IMG/VR virus record: IMGVR_UViG_3300042879_004569 | DNA from: an uncultured virus (IMG/VR IMGVR_UViG_3300042879_004569) | Taxonomy: Duplodnaviria; Heunggongvirae; Uroviricota; Caudoviricetes | Direction: 5' to 3' (one strand) | Length of the DNA: 22,210 nucleotides | Shown: in pieces, positions 1-8,445 of the stretch | How the letters are laid out: each line of letters opens with the position of its first letter | Position numbering within the stretch: the stretch's first letter is position 1 | Made by a program: the position numbers and the translations under genes | The notes under the pieces: model-generated | The model's database searches: none | The model's input: the letters and a program-made list of their open reading frames with translations, nothing else | What the model was told of the DNA's origin: nothing

Positions 1-403
1 CATGGATATCATTGGGTCTAACCCTTGTACATGAACCACGCAGCAATGCTGTCTTAAAAGTGCTATTAGGATTTTCGCAAATAAATTCTTCGGGTTGAAT
101 TAGTTTCCCACTGTGCGACAAACGTAATTCTCCGCCTACATAAACTTCAATACTGTCAACGTTTGGATGCGTATGTTCAGGGACAATAACCCCTGGTGGA
201 CCCATAAACAATTGAGTTTGAAATGGTGGTCGTCTATGCACAACCAAAGAAACAATATTCTCAACACTCCAAAATGGATTTTGAAAAGGAACAAAACCAA
301 TCAAAGGAACTTCATTTAAAACCCAAAGAGCATAACGCTCCAGTTCATCCATTTCATCTAATGGAGTCCCTGGTGAAATGTAATTAACAAATTCTTTGTT
401 CAT
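1..403 (-). CDS. Cupin-fold protein (3' end runs off the window)
   Basis: Not in the ORF track. Manual translation from ATG at 403 is open to position 1: MNKEFVNYISPG...MGPPGVIVPEHTHPNVDSIEVYVGG...RVRPNDIH. It has the cupin-like HxH...E motif 1 and the His of motif 2. It starts 4 nt after the polymerase stop. Confidence 0.7.
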   Translation of the reverse strand, partial: MNKEFVNYISPGTPLDEMDELERYALWVLNEVPLIGFVPFQNPFWSVENIVSLVVHRRPPFQTQLFMGPPGVIVPEHTHPNVDSIEVYVGGELRLSHSGKLIQPEEFICENPNSTFKTALLRGSCTRVRPNDIH

Positions 404-407
404 AGTA

Positions 408-2273
408 TTAATGTGTTTCAGCCCATGTCGATCCTACGTGGGCATCGCCTTCAATTGGACACTGGAAACCAAAAAATTTCTGTGCCTTTGGAAACGAATC
501 CAACGCCGTTTGTTTCAACGTTTCAACCATGGAGTGTGGGCAAGAGATTTGGATTTCATCATGGATCATGGCGTGTTGTTGCCAATCCATTCCATAAACA
601 AAACTTTTTTCATCCATTGCTTTATGTAGTTCAATAACTACTTGTTTCATAATCAATGCACCAGATGATTGTAATAAAACATTTAAACCTTTGAATTCGG
701 AACGGCAGTAAAGAATACGCCCGTCTAATCCTTTTAAATAATTCCTATCTTGAATGGTACCCTCAAGCATACGCTTTAATTGACGCAGAGCAGGCACACC
801 ATTCATGAATGAATTAATAGCGTTACTTCCCATTGAACGTAGAACTTCTTGATCTTTTTCATTCGGATCAATAATTGTGCCAGCTTTTAATGCACCACAG
901 CCATACAACAATCCATACAACAAACGTTTACTAATGTCTCTGGTAGCCACACCAAAACGTTCTTGATTGTATGTATGGATATCAATGTTTTCGTTTGTAA
1001 CAATTGAAGCGTATTCACCTTGATCCCAGAACGCCAGATATCCTGCAAGGCAACGAAGTTCTAATGCCTTTGCATCAACACCGATTAAAACTGATCCTTG
1101 CGGCGCGTGAAAAAGATTCCGGCATTCTTTTCCGTAAGGCGAATAAGACGCTGGAACTTGACCCATATTTGGATTACGATGTGCGCAGCGCCCAGTAATG
1201 CAACCGTTAGTAATAAGGTCGCCATGAATACATAGATCGTCATTGTTGACAAGCTTGAGCCAGGCGTTGTTTCCATCTGCTATTTGGCCAAGTCTTTTCT
1301 CAACGAGCATGTATTCCGCAAGGGACTTTGCCTCAGGATATGGAAGTGCTTCAAGTACATCGTCATTAAGAACCGGGTTGCCTTTATCAGTAGTTTTTTC
1401 TGGAGTCCACCCGTACTTCGACTGTAAACGTTCAACAATTTGCGTGCGAGAACCAGGATTAAATTCCCGATATGCAACTTTAGTGAAGGGTTGGCCTTTA
1501 ATATATCCACGTTTTGAGTTGTTAACCTTTGGTACAAATATAGTTTCATTTTTAATAGGTGGAAATAATTCTTTTAAATGGGCTTCAAGTTCTTTTTGTT
1601 TTGCTCTGAGATCATCCACCAAATCAAGACATGCATCAATATCAAAAGGAAAACCTGTTCTAATTTGTTGGTCAATTGCCAGAGCAAAGTCGTGCTCAAG
1701 TTTGAGAGCGGATTCACCATAGTTTTCTTTTTGGATGAGCTGGAATAATTTGTGAGTGACGTTGACATCCTGGACGCAGTAGTCCAACATTTCCTGCGAG
1801 TACTCTGTGAAATCTTTAAATTCAATTTTGTGATCAGCCAAGCGATACCCCCATGCCTTAAGGCTCGCGGACCCCTTAAGCTTCGGTGGAATATCCGAAT
1901 ATTGTTCATTGTCAAGGTCATTTAGAATCTCCTTGGGCCAGATGAGTCGAGTACAAATGAGTGTGTCGATAATTCGTGCGGCACGAAATGTATAAAACGG
2001 ATATAGCTTTTTAATTACCGGAATGTCATAAAACAAAACATTGTGCCCAATGAGCACGTTACCTTGAGCCAGATGCTCAAGAGCAGCATTAATGCTGTCA
2101 GGCCCGTAAGTAAAAGTTTTGTTTCCGTAGATATCATGTATGACAATGCAGTGGATCTTTGTAACATTGTCATACAGGTTATCAGTTTCTATATCAAAAA
2201 TAAACCAGCGTTCATTTTCTGAAACGCGCTTCATCGCAAATTTGGAGTTCTTCACAGGAGAGGACTGGGTCAT
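408..2273 (-). CDS. polA: Family A DNA polymerase, T7 gp5-like, with 3'-5' exonuclease
   Basis: ExoI FDIETD, ExoII GHNVLFYD, ExoIII YCVQD; motif A GVDAKALELRCLA, motif B RDISKRLLYGLLYG, motif C HDEIQ. The true start may be ATG 2234 (MKRVSE). Confidence 0.97.
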   Translation of the reverse strand: MTQSSPVKNSKFAMKRVSENERWFIFDIETDNLYDNVTKIHCIVIHDIYGNKTFTYGPDSINAALEHLAQGNVLIGHNVLFYDIPVIKKLYPFYTFRAARIIDTLICTRLIWPKEILNDLDNEQYSDIPPKLKGSASLKAWGYRLADHKIEFKDFTEYSQEMLDYCVQDVNVTHKLFQLIQKENYGESALKLEHDFALAIDQQIRTGFPFDIDACLDLVDDLRAKQKELEAHLKELFPPIKNETIFVPKVNNSKRGYIKGQPFTKVAYREFNPGSRTQIVERLQSKYGWTPEKTTDKGNPVLNDDVLEALPYPEAKSLAEYMLVEKRLGQIADGNNAWLKLVNNDDLCIHGDLITNGCITGRCAHRNPNMGQVPASYSPYGKECRNLFHAPQGSVLIGVDAKALELRCLAGYLAFWDQGEYASIVTNENIDIHTYNQERFGVATRDISKRLLYGLLYGCGALKAGTIIDPNEKDQEVLRSMGSNAINSFMNGVPALRQLKRMLEGTIQDRNYLKGLDGRILYCRSEFKGLNVLLQSSGALIMKQVVIELHKAMDEKSFVYGMDWQQHAMIHDEIQISCPHSMVETLKQTALDSFPKAQKFFGFQCPIEGDAHVGSTWAETH

Positions 2274-2445
2274 TTGCGTTGATCCACTTCAGTATTGACT
2301 GAGCCCCAGAAAGATAGGGCGAAGAAAAGATTTGGCCAAGAGCCATATCCGATACTAGCGGAATAAGCTGAAAAGAATTAGAACTTTTATCAGCAGTAAC
2401 ACCGTAAGGAGTTTTGTTTTTCCAGGTTGCAATTACATACGCCAT
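2212..2445 (-). CDS. Hypothetical protein (77 aa)
   Basis: MAYVIATWKNK... fills the gap upstream of the polymerase and overlaps its start. Confidence 0.65.
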   Translation of the reverse strand: MAYVIATWKNKTPYGVTADKSSNSFQLIPLVSDMALGQIFSSPYLSGAQSILKWINANDPVLSCEELQICDEARFRK

Positions 2446-2472
2446 TAGTAATAAACCATTAGATAAGAAGTA

Positions 2473-2506
2473 TCCCCCTGGTAGTCCCGCAAGGGGGTCA
2501 GGGGGA
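2473..2506. terminator. GC-rich intergenic stem-loop (terminator or processing site)
   Basis: TCCCCCTG/CAGGGGGA outer stem with inner CCC-GCAA-GGG. The minus-strand tail TACTTCTT is only weakly U-rich. Confidence 0.45.
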
Positions 2507-2541
2507 GACAAATGGACGTACAGATACTACTAATTTTTTAT

Positions 2542-3324
2542 TCAAATGCAAGCTTTTTGTTTCGCTTGTGCATTTGATTTGCCGTAACCAACAAATTTAC
2601 CTTGAGACTTACGTTGAGATATTGCTTTGCTTGCGGCTGAGCCTGCCCTCTGGGATCCATGGACCAATAGTGCGAATGGCTTGTCACCAAAGCAATGGCT
2701 GTCATCGTGGTCAATCTCCAGGTACATGCCTTTGGCTTGCTCCTCTGAGTAGACCACGTATGCAATCCGTTTAAAAATCTTAGTGTGTTTGGGGATTAGG
2801 TAATCGAGTGTACCACCCCACGACGCTGTCAAATACAGATTGTCAGGCAACTCCTGGTACAGAGATACCCACATTCCCAATGACTTGGTGTAGGCATAAA
2901 ACTTAATGTCGCGATTGTTACGAGCAACATTAGCCCATGCCTTCATGTAGTTCTCAGTCCAGAAGTCGCCTGACTCATGGATGCGGCACAGATCAAGTTG
3001 AGGCTGAACAGCGAGTGACAGCTCGATGAGTGCAGTCAGATTTTCAAGTTGATCATCTGATTGATACATTGCTTCACGCAGCAAATCCCAGTTGTGCCAA
3101 CGTGAGTCACGAACTGCAGGCCGAGTTTCTGCCATGGCTGCAAAGCAACGGAACTTAGCAGCATCCGTGCCGTTGAGCTGAGGCAGATCAGTAATCTCAC
3201 CTGTGGTGCGGTCAGCAAATGTTTTGCACACACCAGCGTTAGGACAAGAGTAGCCAGCTGGCAAGTTAAAGATTAAACGCTTGCCAAGCTTTGCATTGCC
3301 TGTGGAAAATTTGAGTAGTTTCAT
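2542..3324 (-). CDS. Gp88-like (gene product 88) phage protein
   Basis: MKLLKFSTGNAKL...FNLPAGYSCP...C...CFA...RIHESGDF...FYAYTKS pattern, recalled from the Gp88 family. The ORF-track extension MTLNC... comes from an upstream repeat. Confidence 0.8.
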   Translation of the reverse strand: MKLLKFSTGNAKLGKRLIFNLPAGYSCPNAGVCKTFADRTTGEITDLPQLNGTDAAKFRCFAAMAETRPAVRDSRWHNWDLLREAMYQSDDQLENLTALIELSLAVQPQLDLCRIHESGDFWTENYMKAWANVARNNRDIKFYAYTKSLGMWVSLYQELPDNLYLTASWGGTLDYLIPKHTKIFKRIAYVVYSEEQAKGMYLEIDHDDSHCFGDKPFALLVHGSQRAGSAASKAISQRKSQGKFVGYGKSNAQAKQKACI

Positions 3325-3372
3325 GGGTTGAATTGAATTGAGTAATGACACATAAGTAAAACTTATATGCTG

Positions 3373-3400
3373 TAAGCAGTTTAATGTCATGCTCAGGACA
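3373..3400 (-). repeat. Pseudoknot repeat family 1, copy 1
   Basis: UGUC CUGAGCAU GACA UUAAAC UGCUUA; P1 UGUC/GACA, P2 UGAGCA/UGCUUA. Confidence 0.85.
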
Positions 3401-3419
3401 AGTGATCTTACTATGAATT

Positions 3420-3545
3420 GGGGCGTAGAAGAGCAGCGTCAGCCCCGAGGGAATCAGAGTTTCTGCTGCTTCCTCTGGTTGGTAACTGAATGACCTTGCG
3501 GCTTGATCACCGTGAGGTCACACCCTCATTAAGCAGGGGTGCAGA
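3420..3545 (+). ncRNA. Candidate four-hairpin antisense sRNA
   Basis: TACTAT -10-like box at 3409-3414, followed by four consecutive hairpins whose G-U pairs mostly favour the plus strand. Confidence 0.45.
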
Positions 3546-3618
3546 TATGGATAAATCCACCGATTAATACCAAAAGAAATAATAATGACAACAATGAAAT
3601 TAACTTTTCATCTGTCAT
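3529..3618 (-). CDS. 29-aa hydrophobic micropeptide
   Basis: Manual translation MTDEKLISLLSLLFLLVLIGGFIHICTPA; single predicted TM segment. Confidence 0.5.
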   Translation of the reverse strand: MTDEKLISLLSLLFLLVLIGGFIHICTPA

Positions 3619-3665
3619 TAGCTTATTAGGTAATAAGAACAATTACCTAGTTTAACGTCTGCCTA

Positions 3666-3986
3666 CTAATTCTCGTAGGAAACTTTATCTTTAGCCCTTG
3701 GTTTGTATGAATCAGTTTTAACAACTCTCCGCAGATAAGCTGATGCTTCTTGATATCCTTCCTTGGATAATTCACTGGCGATTGCTTCGATTGTTCTCAC
3801 GGCTCTATCCGTTTGAAAAATCCAATCACGTTCTGATTGCCAATCGCTAATAGCACGAGCTGCTTTTTCAATAACAGGATGAGATTCTTTTGCATTTTTT
3901 AAGATTTCATTTTCACGAATCTTGTGATTGTTGCGACGTAACATTGTGCTCATTAAATTGATGTTTGCAAAATCAGAATCAATCAT
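3666..3986 (-). CDS. Hypothetical protein
   Basis: ATG 3986 overlaps the end of thyX; alternative start at 3953. Helical, charged sequence. Confidence 0.7.
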   Translation of the reverse strand: MIDSDFANINLMSTMLRRNNHKIRENEILKNAKESHPVIEKAARAISDWQSERDWIFQTDRAVRTIEAIASELSKEGYQEASAYLRRVVKTDSYKPRAKDKVSYEN

Positions 3987-4611
3987 TAGTTTCAAAAGCA
4001 GCTTTAGCAATAACAGGGAATTGCGATTGGAAAATGTTTTTAATAGATTCCGCAATCCATCGGTGTTCTAATTGCGTTGACTCATGGGTTCGCAATTCAA
4101 TGTAATGAATCCAGCTTCTCAAACTTCCGTTCATATACAAGGTTGTTTTTGTACACAAGGGAAGTATACGCCTAGCCGTTTCCTTGGCGATTCCCTGTGC
4201 CAACATTTCGTCATAAATTTTTTGAACGTAAGTCAAAGCTAATGTTGTTTTATCGGTAAGGTCTTCGATGAGTTCAAGGGATAAATCATCGATTGAATTT
4301 TGTCTATTTTTAAAGTCTTGCCTACGGAATAAAGGCATGGTGTAGTCCTGCGCTTCTGCGTAGCGCGTACTGTATTCTTGAAAACTAAATGAACGATGCC
4401 TAAGTATTTGTGCCGATATGTCACGTTCAGTTTGAATCTCAACGCACATGTTTGCCATTTCAAATGGCGACCAGTGCTTATGTTTAATCAGATACCTGAG
4501 AAGCCTTGGTGCTGTATCAAAGTTGTCTTGGTTTTGCGGAGCAGATACTCGCGCCATTTTGACAATCAGTTCTTCTGCCCTGGGAGTAGACCAAACAAGT
4601 GTGATGGACAT
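3979..4611 (-). CDS. thyX: Flavin-dependent thymidylate synthase ThyX
   Basis: ARVS, HWSPFE, the signature RHRSFSFQEYSTRY (RHRx7S), ETARRILP, NGSLRSWIHYIELR and QLEHR. Confidence 0.97.
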   Translation of the reverse strand: MSITLVWSTPRAEELIVKMARVSAPQNQDNFDTAPRLLRYLIKHKHWSPFEMANMCVEIQTERDISAQILRHRSFSFQEYSTRYAEAQDYTMPLFRRQDFKNRQNSIDDLSLELIEDLTDKTTLALTYVQKIYDEMLAQGIAKETARRILPLCTKTTLYMNGSLRSWIHYIELRTHESTQLEHRWIAESIKNIFQSQFPVIAKAAFETND

Positions 4612-4613
4612 GT

Positions 4614-4919
4614 CTATTCGTGTGCGTTGAAGAAATCGTTGATGTGATAGTTTAAATCTTTTTCAAAACAAATTCTGTTTTGTGAATGAACTGATGGTGA
4701 TGCGGCATGATCCCAGATGATTTTGACATATGGTACACGCCTTCCTGTAGTTGTTTTTTGGTATACCGTTTCAACTACCGTTCCGTAACGTTGTGTTGTA
4801 AACGGTTTGATGCGATCACGAACTGAGGCACGCACTACGGTGTGCAAGCGAGGCTTTGGTTTCTCAGCAACGCGATCACCTGTTTTGAATAATGGATCTT
4901 GTTGTTTCTTTTTAGACAT
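4614..4919 (-). CDS. Hypothetical protein (possible SH3-like beta barrel)
   Basis: FKTGDRV...YGTVVE...YVKIIWD pattern; tightly packed with its neighbours. Confidence 0.7.
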   Translation of the reverse strand: MSKKKQQDPLFKTGDRVAEKPKPRLHTVVRASVRDRIKPFTTQRYGTVVETVYQKTTTGRRVPYVKIIWDHAASPSVHSQNRICFEKDLNYHINDFFNAHE

Positions 4920-5259
4920 GAGCCCAGAGTTTACGTTTTACAATCCGATAAACAGTTGATTTATGTATGCCAAAAACTTTGGCAATTGAGACATAAGTGT
5001 GATTAGTGGCAGCCAATCGTCTTATTTCAAGAACGTTAGTTTTTGTAAGAATTGAACTGCCATTGTTTAACCCTTGACGTAAACAATTAACATGTTGTTT
5101 TACACCTGGGATTGACCCACGTTTTTTAATGGCGTAAGTCTCAATGGTTTTAAACCTTGCATTACAATCAAGACACCGACAGTAACGCCAAGTTTCATTT
5201 CCTTTGTGACTTGTTGCAGTTACTCGTGTGCTGATTGAATTGCATTGACGGCATTTCAT
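4912..5259 (-). CDS. Zinc-ribbon (NrdR-N/Ogr-like) plus C-terminal HTH protein
   Basis: MKCRQC...TRV...YCRCLDCNARFKTIE, followed by ILTKTNVLEIRR...IAKVFGIHKSTVYRIVKRKLWAHV. Confidence 0.75.
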   Translation of the reverse strand: MKCRQCNSISTRVTATSHKGNETWRYCRCLDCNARFKTIETYAIKKRGSIPGVKQHVNCLRQGLNNGSSILTKTNVLEIRRLAATNHTYVSIAKVFGIHKSTVYRIVKRKLWAHV

Positions 5260-5411
5260 CTGTCATTTAATTTGTTTGACTGTTGTTCTTGAATGTTAAT
5301 TAGTGTTTTGTAAATGACACGGCAATCAGAATAAAAAAGTTCTTTATTAGATGAACCCATGGCAATACGCTTAATGGCTTCAAGGGCTTCTGTAATTAAA
5401 CCCGGTGTCAT
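5256..5411 (-). CDS. Hypothetical protein (51 aa)
   Basis: Manual translation MTPGLITEALEAIKRIAMG...KLNDR; ATGA overlap with the downstream gene. Confidence 0.6.
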   Translation of the reverse strand: MTPGLITEALEAIKRIAMGSSNKELFYSDCRVIYKTLINIQEQQSNKLNDR

Positions 5412-5418
5412 TTTAAAT

Positions 5419-5757
5419 TTAATTTTTAGATTGAATTTTAGTTAACCGAAGAGAATCAAGTGCGTAACCAGTTTGATCTGGGCCAAGAATATTAAAACAA
5501 TCAACAATAAGTTGACGGTTCATATCGGGACTTTTATAGAAATCATCAAGAATTTCCAATGCACGATCATCATTTTGTGGATCACCAGTAATACTTTCAA
5601 TAATGTTTGATGGCATTGCATCAACAATTTGAGTTACTAAATGTTCTTTGACAATTAACCAAGTGCTATCTGGAATTGCATCAACAAACATATCAATTAA
5701 AGAATCAATGTTTGATTCATTGGTATTTGGTTGTTCAATAGAATCGTTGGTTTCCAT
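5419..5757 (-). CDS. Hypothetical acidic protein
   Basis: METNDSIEQ...; this start was chosen because it lies downstream of the terminator hairpin. Confidence 0.7.
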   Translation of the reverse strand: METNDSIEQPNTNESNIDSLIDMFVDAIPDSTWLIVKEHLVTQIVDAMPSNIIESITGDPQNDDRALEILDDFYKSPDMNRQLIVDCFNILGPDQTGYALDSLRLTKIQSKN

Positions 5758-5781
5758 ACGTTGGCGAAGTTTCATAGGCGT

Positions 5782-5810
5782 AAGAAAATCCCCCCGGATA
5801 ACCGAGGGGA
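5782..5810 (-). terminator. Rho-independent terminator
   Basis: TCCCCTCGG-TTAT-CCGGGGGGA followed by TTTTCTT on the minus strand. Confidence 0.75.
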
Positions 5811-5832
5811 ACATCCACCATGCTGACGTATC

Positions 5833-6198
5833 TTAAACAGCCTGGGCCTGGGTGTCAACGATGTTGTCCAGAAGCCCAGCCTCTCTCAAACGATCAAGCA
5901 TTCCACACATGATGGTGGCATGACTTTGTGTTTGCTCCATGAAATGCTTAGCACGCTCAGCAGACATGGTATGGATACGCCCATCTGGCTCGACGTAACG
6001 CCAGCTGCCATCAGGCTGCGGATCTCCCTGGAGCGCAAGACGCTCTGAGTTACACACATACTTGAATTCCAAATTGTGGTAATCCTGGAGACCATCAGCT
6101 GCTGTCCAAGTAGCGCCAATGTTGTAACGCTGGTCAGCATCAGAGAATGCGTGGAATTCAGGAACAAGATGTTTGAATGCGTTAAAGATTTGAATCAT
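5833..6198 (-). CDS. Hypothetical protein
   Basis: MIQIFNAFKHLVPEF...; leader CTCAACTCAAATCATG. The longer ORF-track start lies inside the tRNA. Confidence 0.75.
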   Translation of the reverse strand: MIQIFNAFKHLVPEFHAFSDADQRYNIGATWTAADGLQDYHNLEFKYVCNSERLALQGDPQPDGSWRYVEPDGRIHTMSAERAKHFMEQTQSHATIMCGMLDRLREAGLLDNIVDTQAQAV

Positions 6199-6221
6199 GA
6201 TTTGAGTTGAGTAATTGAAAT

Positions 6222-6297
6222 TGGTACCCGAGGTGAGATTCGAACTCACGCTAGAACGATTTTAAGTCGTTTGCCTCTTCCGCTGGGCTACTCAGGC
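6222..6297 (-). tRNA. trnL: tRNA-Leu(UAA), 76 nt, short variable loop, CCA encoded
   Basis: Acceptor GCCTGAG/CTCGGGT, anticodon arm AACGA-CTTAAAA-TCGTT, T arm GTGAG-TTCGAAT-CTCAC, discriminator A, then CCA. Confidence 0.92.
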
Positions 6298-6620
6298 GTA
6301 CTTGGACTTACGTTTACATCAACTGATGTTTGCCGCCAAGTGTGGTCATCAGGCAATGGCTCAGTGCCATACTCCCATGTATCGTAGTCATCCTCATTGC
6401 GAGGATCATCTTCAATTAAAACATAATGCGGTGAATTGTCATGAATGTATTCACCAAGATTAGACATGGCCATGGCAAGAAGTTGTTCTTCTGTGAACGT
6501 GATGTCACGGTGTTCAAACTGTTGATCACCATGTTTGATAAACGGAACAGGTTCATCAGCTGCTTCGTCTGCCATAGCCCGAACTGAATTCAGATAAATC
6601 TGTTGTTGTTGAAAATCCAT
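6288..6620 (-). CDS. Hypothetical acidic protein
   Basis: 110-aa ORF whose last codons and stop lie inside the 5' end of the tRNA. Confidence 0.75.
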   Translation of the reverse strand: MDFQQQQIYLNSVRAMADEAADEPVPFIKHGDQQFEHRDITFTEEQLLAMAMSNLGEYIHDNSPHYVLIEDDPRNEDDYDTWEYGTEPLPDDHTWRQTSVDVNVSPSTPE

Positions 6621-6626
6621 AGTTGT

Positions 6627-6657
6627 GACCGGCCCTATTACGAGGATAGGACCGGCC
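6627..6657 (-). promoter_or_regulatory. 12-bp intergenic hairpin
   Basis: GGCCGGTCCTAT-N7-ATAGGGCCGGTC, ending 6 nt before ATG 6620; no U tail. Confidence 0.5.
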
Positions 6658-6669
6658 AGCCTGTGGGGG

Positions 6670-8385
6670 CTACGCAGATTTTAGCGCATTTTCACGGGCC
6701 TGGAGTGCAAGCTTGAATACTTCTGTGTATTCATCCTTTTGCTCTATTGTCAAAGTAGCATTAGAAAGTCCACGGATTTGATCAACGGACATCATGCCGT
6801 TACTTACTTTAAGTTGTATGGTGAATTGAGGTTGACCATCAATCATGCACAACACAATGAAGTGTTGTTTCTTGCGTACGCCTTTGGCATAACTAGATGC
6901 AGAGCCAACGCAGTTGCGTACAGCTTTACCCCACATTGCCAGCTGATGCGTGTCATGTGGTTGAAAGAATGACCATGTTTTTTCGTCTTGTTTAATCTTG
7001 ATTGGTTCTGGAAACAAATCTTGAGATAACAACTCATTTGGATTAGAGATTTTCCAGGCTTCAGCCTGAACATGGTCATGGAACTCAGTAAGGCGCCAAC
7101 GCTTTGGCGGATCAATAGTTTTATCGTTGTCAAAGATTTTAGAAAGCATTGATACAGTATCACTCCAATCTGAAAACCAATAAACAGGAATGCCAAGTTC
7201 TTTGCTTATAGTTTTTAAACCGCCTTTAACTTGTTCTTGCTCACAATACTTATCAAGTATTCCGAAAAATGAACCAACAGGCATATGTTGATTAAGCCAT
7301 TGCACTGTTTTGTCATTGCGTAAAATAACAAAACGAATGCTCAACAATTGTTTGATGTGATTTTGATAATAATCAATAGGGCAACCAGGCCAAATGCGTT
7401 GAACATAACAAATGTTTTCTGCAAGTTTAAGGATTCGCTTGAAGCCTTGCATTACTTCAGAATGCAAGCAGTTATTTGGATTGTTGTATGCGTTAATACA
7501 AGTATTAAGTTCTTCTTGCATCCATTTACGAAAAAATGGAGTGCATAAAATATGTGCAGTTTTAATTACATATGCATATTCATAATCACGGTAACTATCC
7601 AAGCCATAGACTTCATCTCGTCTTGCAAATACGTGCAGCAAATTATCTACGGTCAATTCCCAATTAACATATTGGTGTTCTGGAATTAAGTCTTTGTTAA
7701 TTTCAAGAGCAGTATAAATTTCCTTGCAACAAATGCGTGAAAACATTTCACGACTATCATCCCAAACGGGAATTGTTTCTTGCAATGCTTCACGAAATGA
7801 ATCAATAGCCGGTGTTATCTCGCGAGCTTTATCATAATAAGAAGCTATATGATCAGCCCTCCATTTTTGCTGGGTCAAACCAGCTTGAATGTCAGCTTCA
7901 GTTACAAGCTTCCTATATACCAAAAACGTGGTACGACCAACAGCTATTTCTGTGCATTCTGAAATATTTTCAATAATGGAACGAGTAAGAGTTTTACGCG
8001 TAGAAGGCGTATTCCTAAATGCAGTTGCAAAGCCATACACATAATCTTCGCCCTGTTGTGGAAGCCATGCGGCATACCAACATTGCTCGTAGTGATAAAG
8101 AATGGCTTTTGTAATAATACGAGCTTGCGGAGTAGCAACATCTACAGGTTTAGTAAATTTCTGAAACCGATATTTAGCTTGATTGCCATTAATATTATCA
8201 ATAGTTTCTTGCTGCATTGATTCTCTCACCACGGAGTAAGGAATAAGGTGAGGAATATTACCAAGAGGATATTTAGATTTCTTAACTGATTTGTTATTTG
8301 CTTTTTGTTGACGAGCCAATGCTTTAAGTTGAGGATCATAAGCAATTAACTCAGTTTGAAGATTAGTTGGCAGTCGAAATTCCAT
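6670..8385 (-). CDS. PcfJ-like domain protein
   Basis: C-terminal FHDHV...PEPIKI...QLAMWGKAVRNCVGS..SY...FTIQL...QIRGLSN resembles the PcfJ domain. Start MEFRLP. Confidence 0.75.
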   Translation of the reverse strand: MEFRLPTNLQTELIAYDPQLKALARQQKANNKSVKKSKYPLGNIPHLIPYSVVRESMQQETIDNINGNQAKYRFQKFTKPVDVATPQARIITKAILYHYEQCWYAAWLPQQGEDYVYGFATAFRNTPSTRKTLTRSIIENISECTEIAVGRTTFLVYRKLVTEADIQAGLTQQKWRADHIASYYDKAREITPAIDSFREALQETIPVWDDSREMFSRICCKEIYTALEINKDLIPEHQYVNWELTVDNLLHVFARRDEVYGLDSYRDYEYAYVIKTAHILCTPFFRKWMQEELNTCINAYNNPNNCLHSEVMQGFKRILKLAENICYVQRIWPGCPIDYYQNHIKQLLSIRFVILRNDKTVQWLNQHMPVGSFFGILDKYCEQEQVKGGLKTISKELGIPVYWFSDWSDTVSMLSKIFDNDKTIDPPKRWRLTEFHDHVQAEAWKISNPNELLSQDLFPEPIKIKQDEKTWSFFQPHDTHQLAMWGKAVRNCVGSASSYAKGVRKKQHFIVLCMIDGQPQFTIQLKVSNGMMSVDQIRGLSNATLTIEQKDEYTEVFKLALQARENALKSA

Positions 8386-8412
8386 AGTAAGTTCAGAGTA
8401 AGTTTGTAGTGT

Positions 8413-8440
8413 TGAGCAGTTTAGTGTCATGCTCAGGACG
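8413..8440 (-). repeat. Pseudoknot repeat family 1, copy 2
   Basis: CGUC CUGAGCAU GACA CUAAAC UGCUCA. Confidence 0.85.
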
Positions 8441-8445
8441 TAACA

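Noticed and set aside
396..1921. Short alternative-frame and antisense ORFs inside the polymerase (and likewise inside other long genes)
   Set aside because: Shadow ORFs of well-supported genes, with no motifs or start signals.
3325..3390. Shared MTLNC N-terminal peptide in ORFs ending at 3390, 8430 and 9172, read as a protein motif
   Set aside because: It is a translation of the pseudoknot repeat. Copy 4 has AAG instead of ATG, and better starts with TCAAY-type leaders lie downstream.
3649..3659. GACGTTAAACT on the minus strand, matching the 3' half of family 1
   Set aside because: No upstream GTC partner or P2 complement; at most a decayed remnant.
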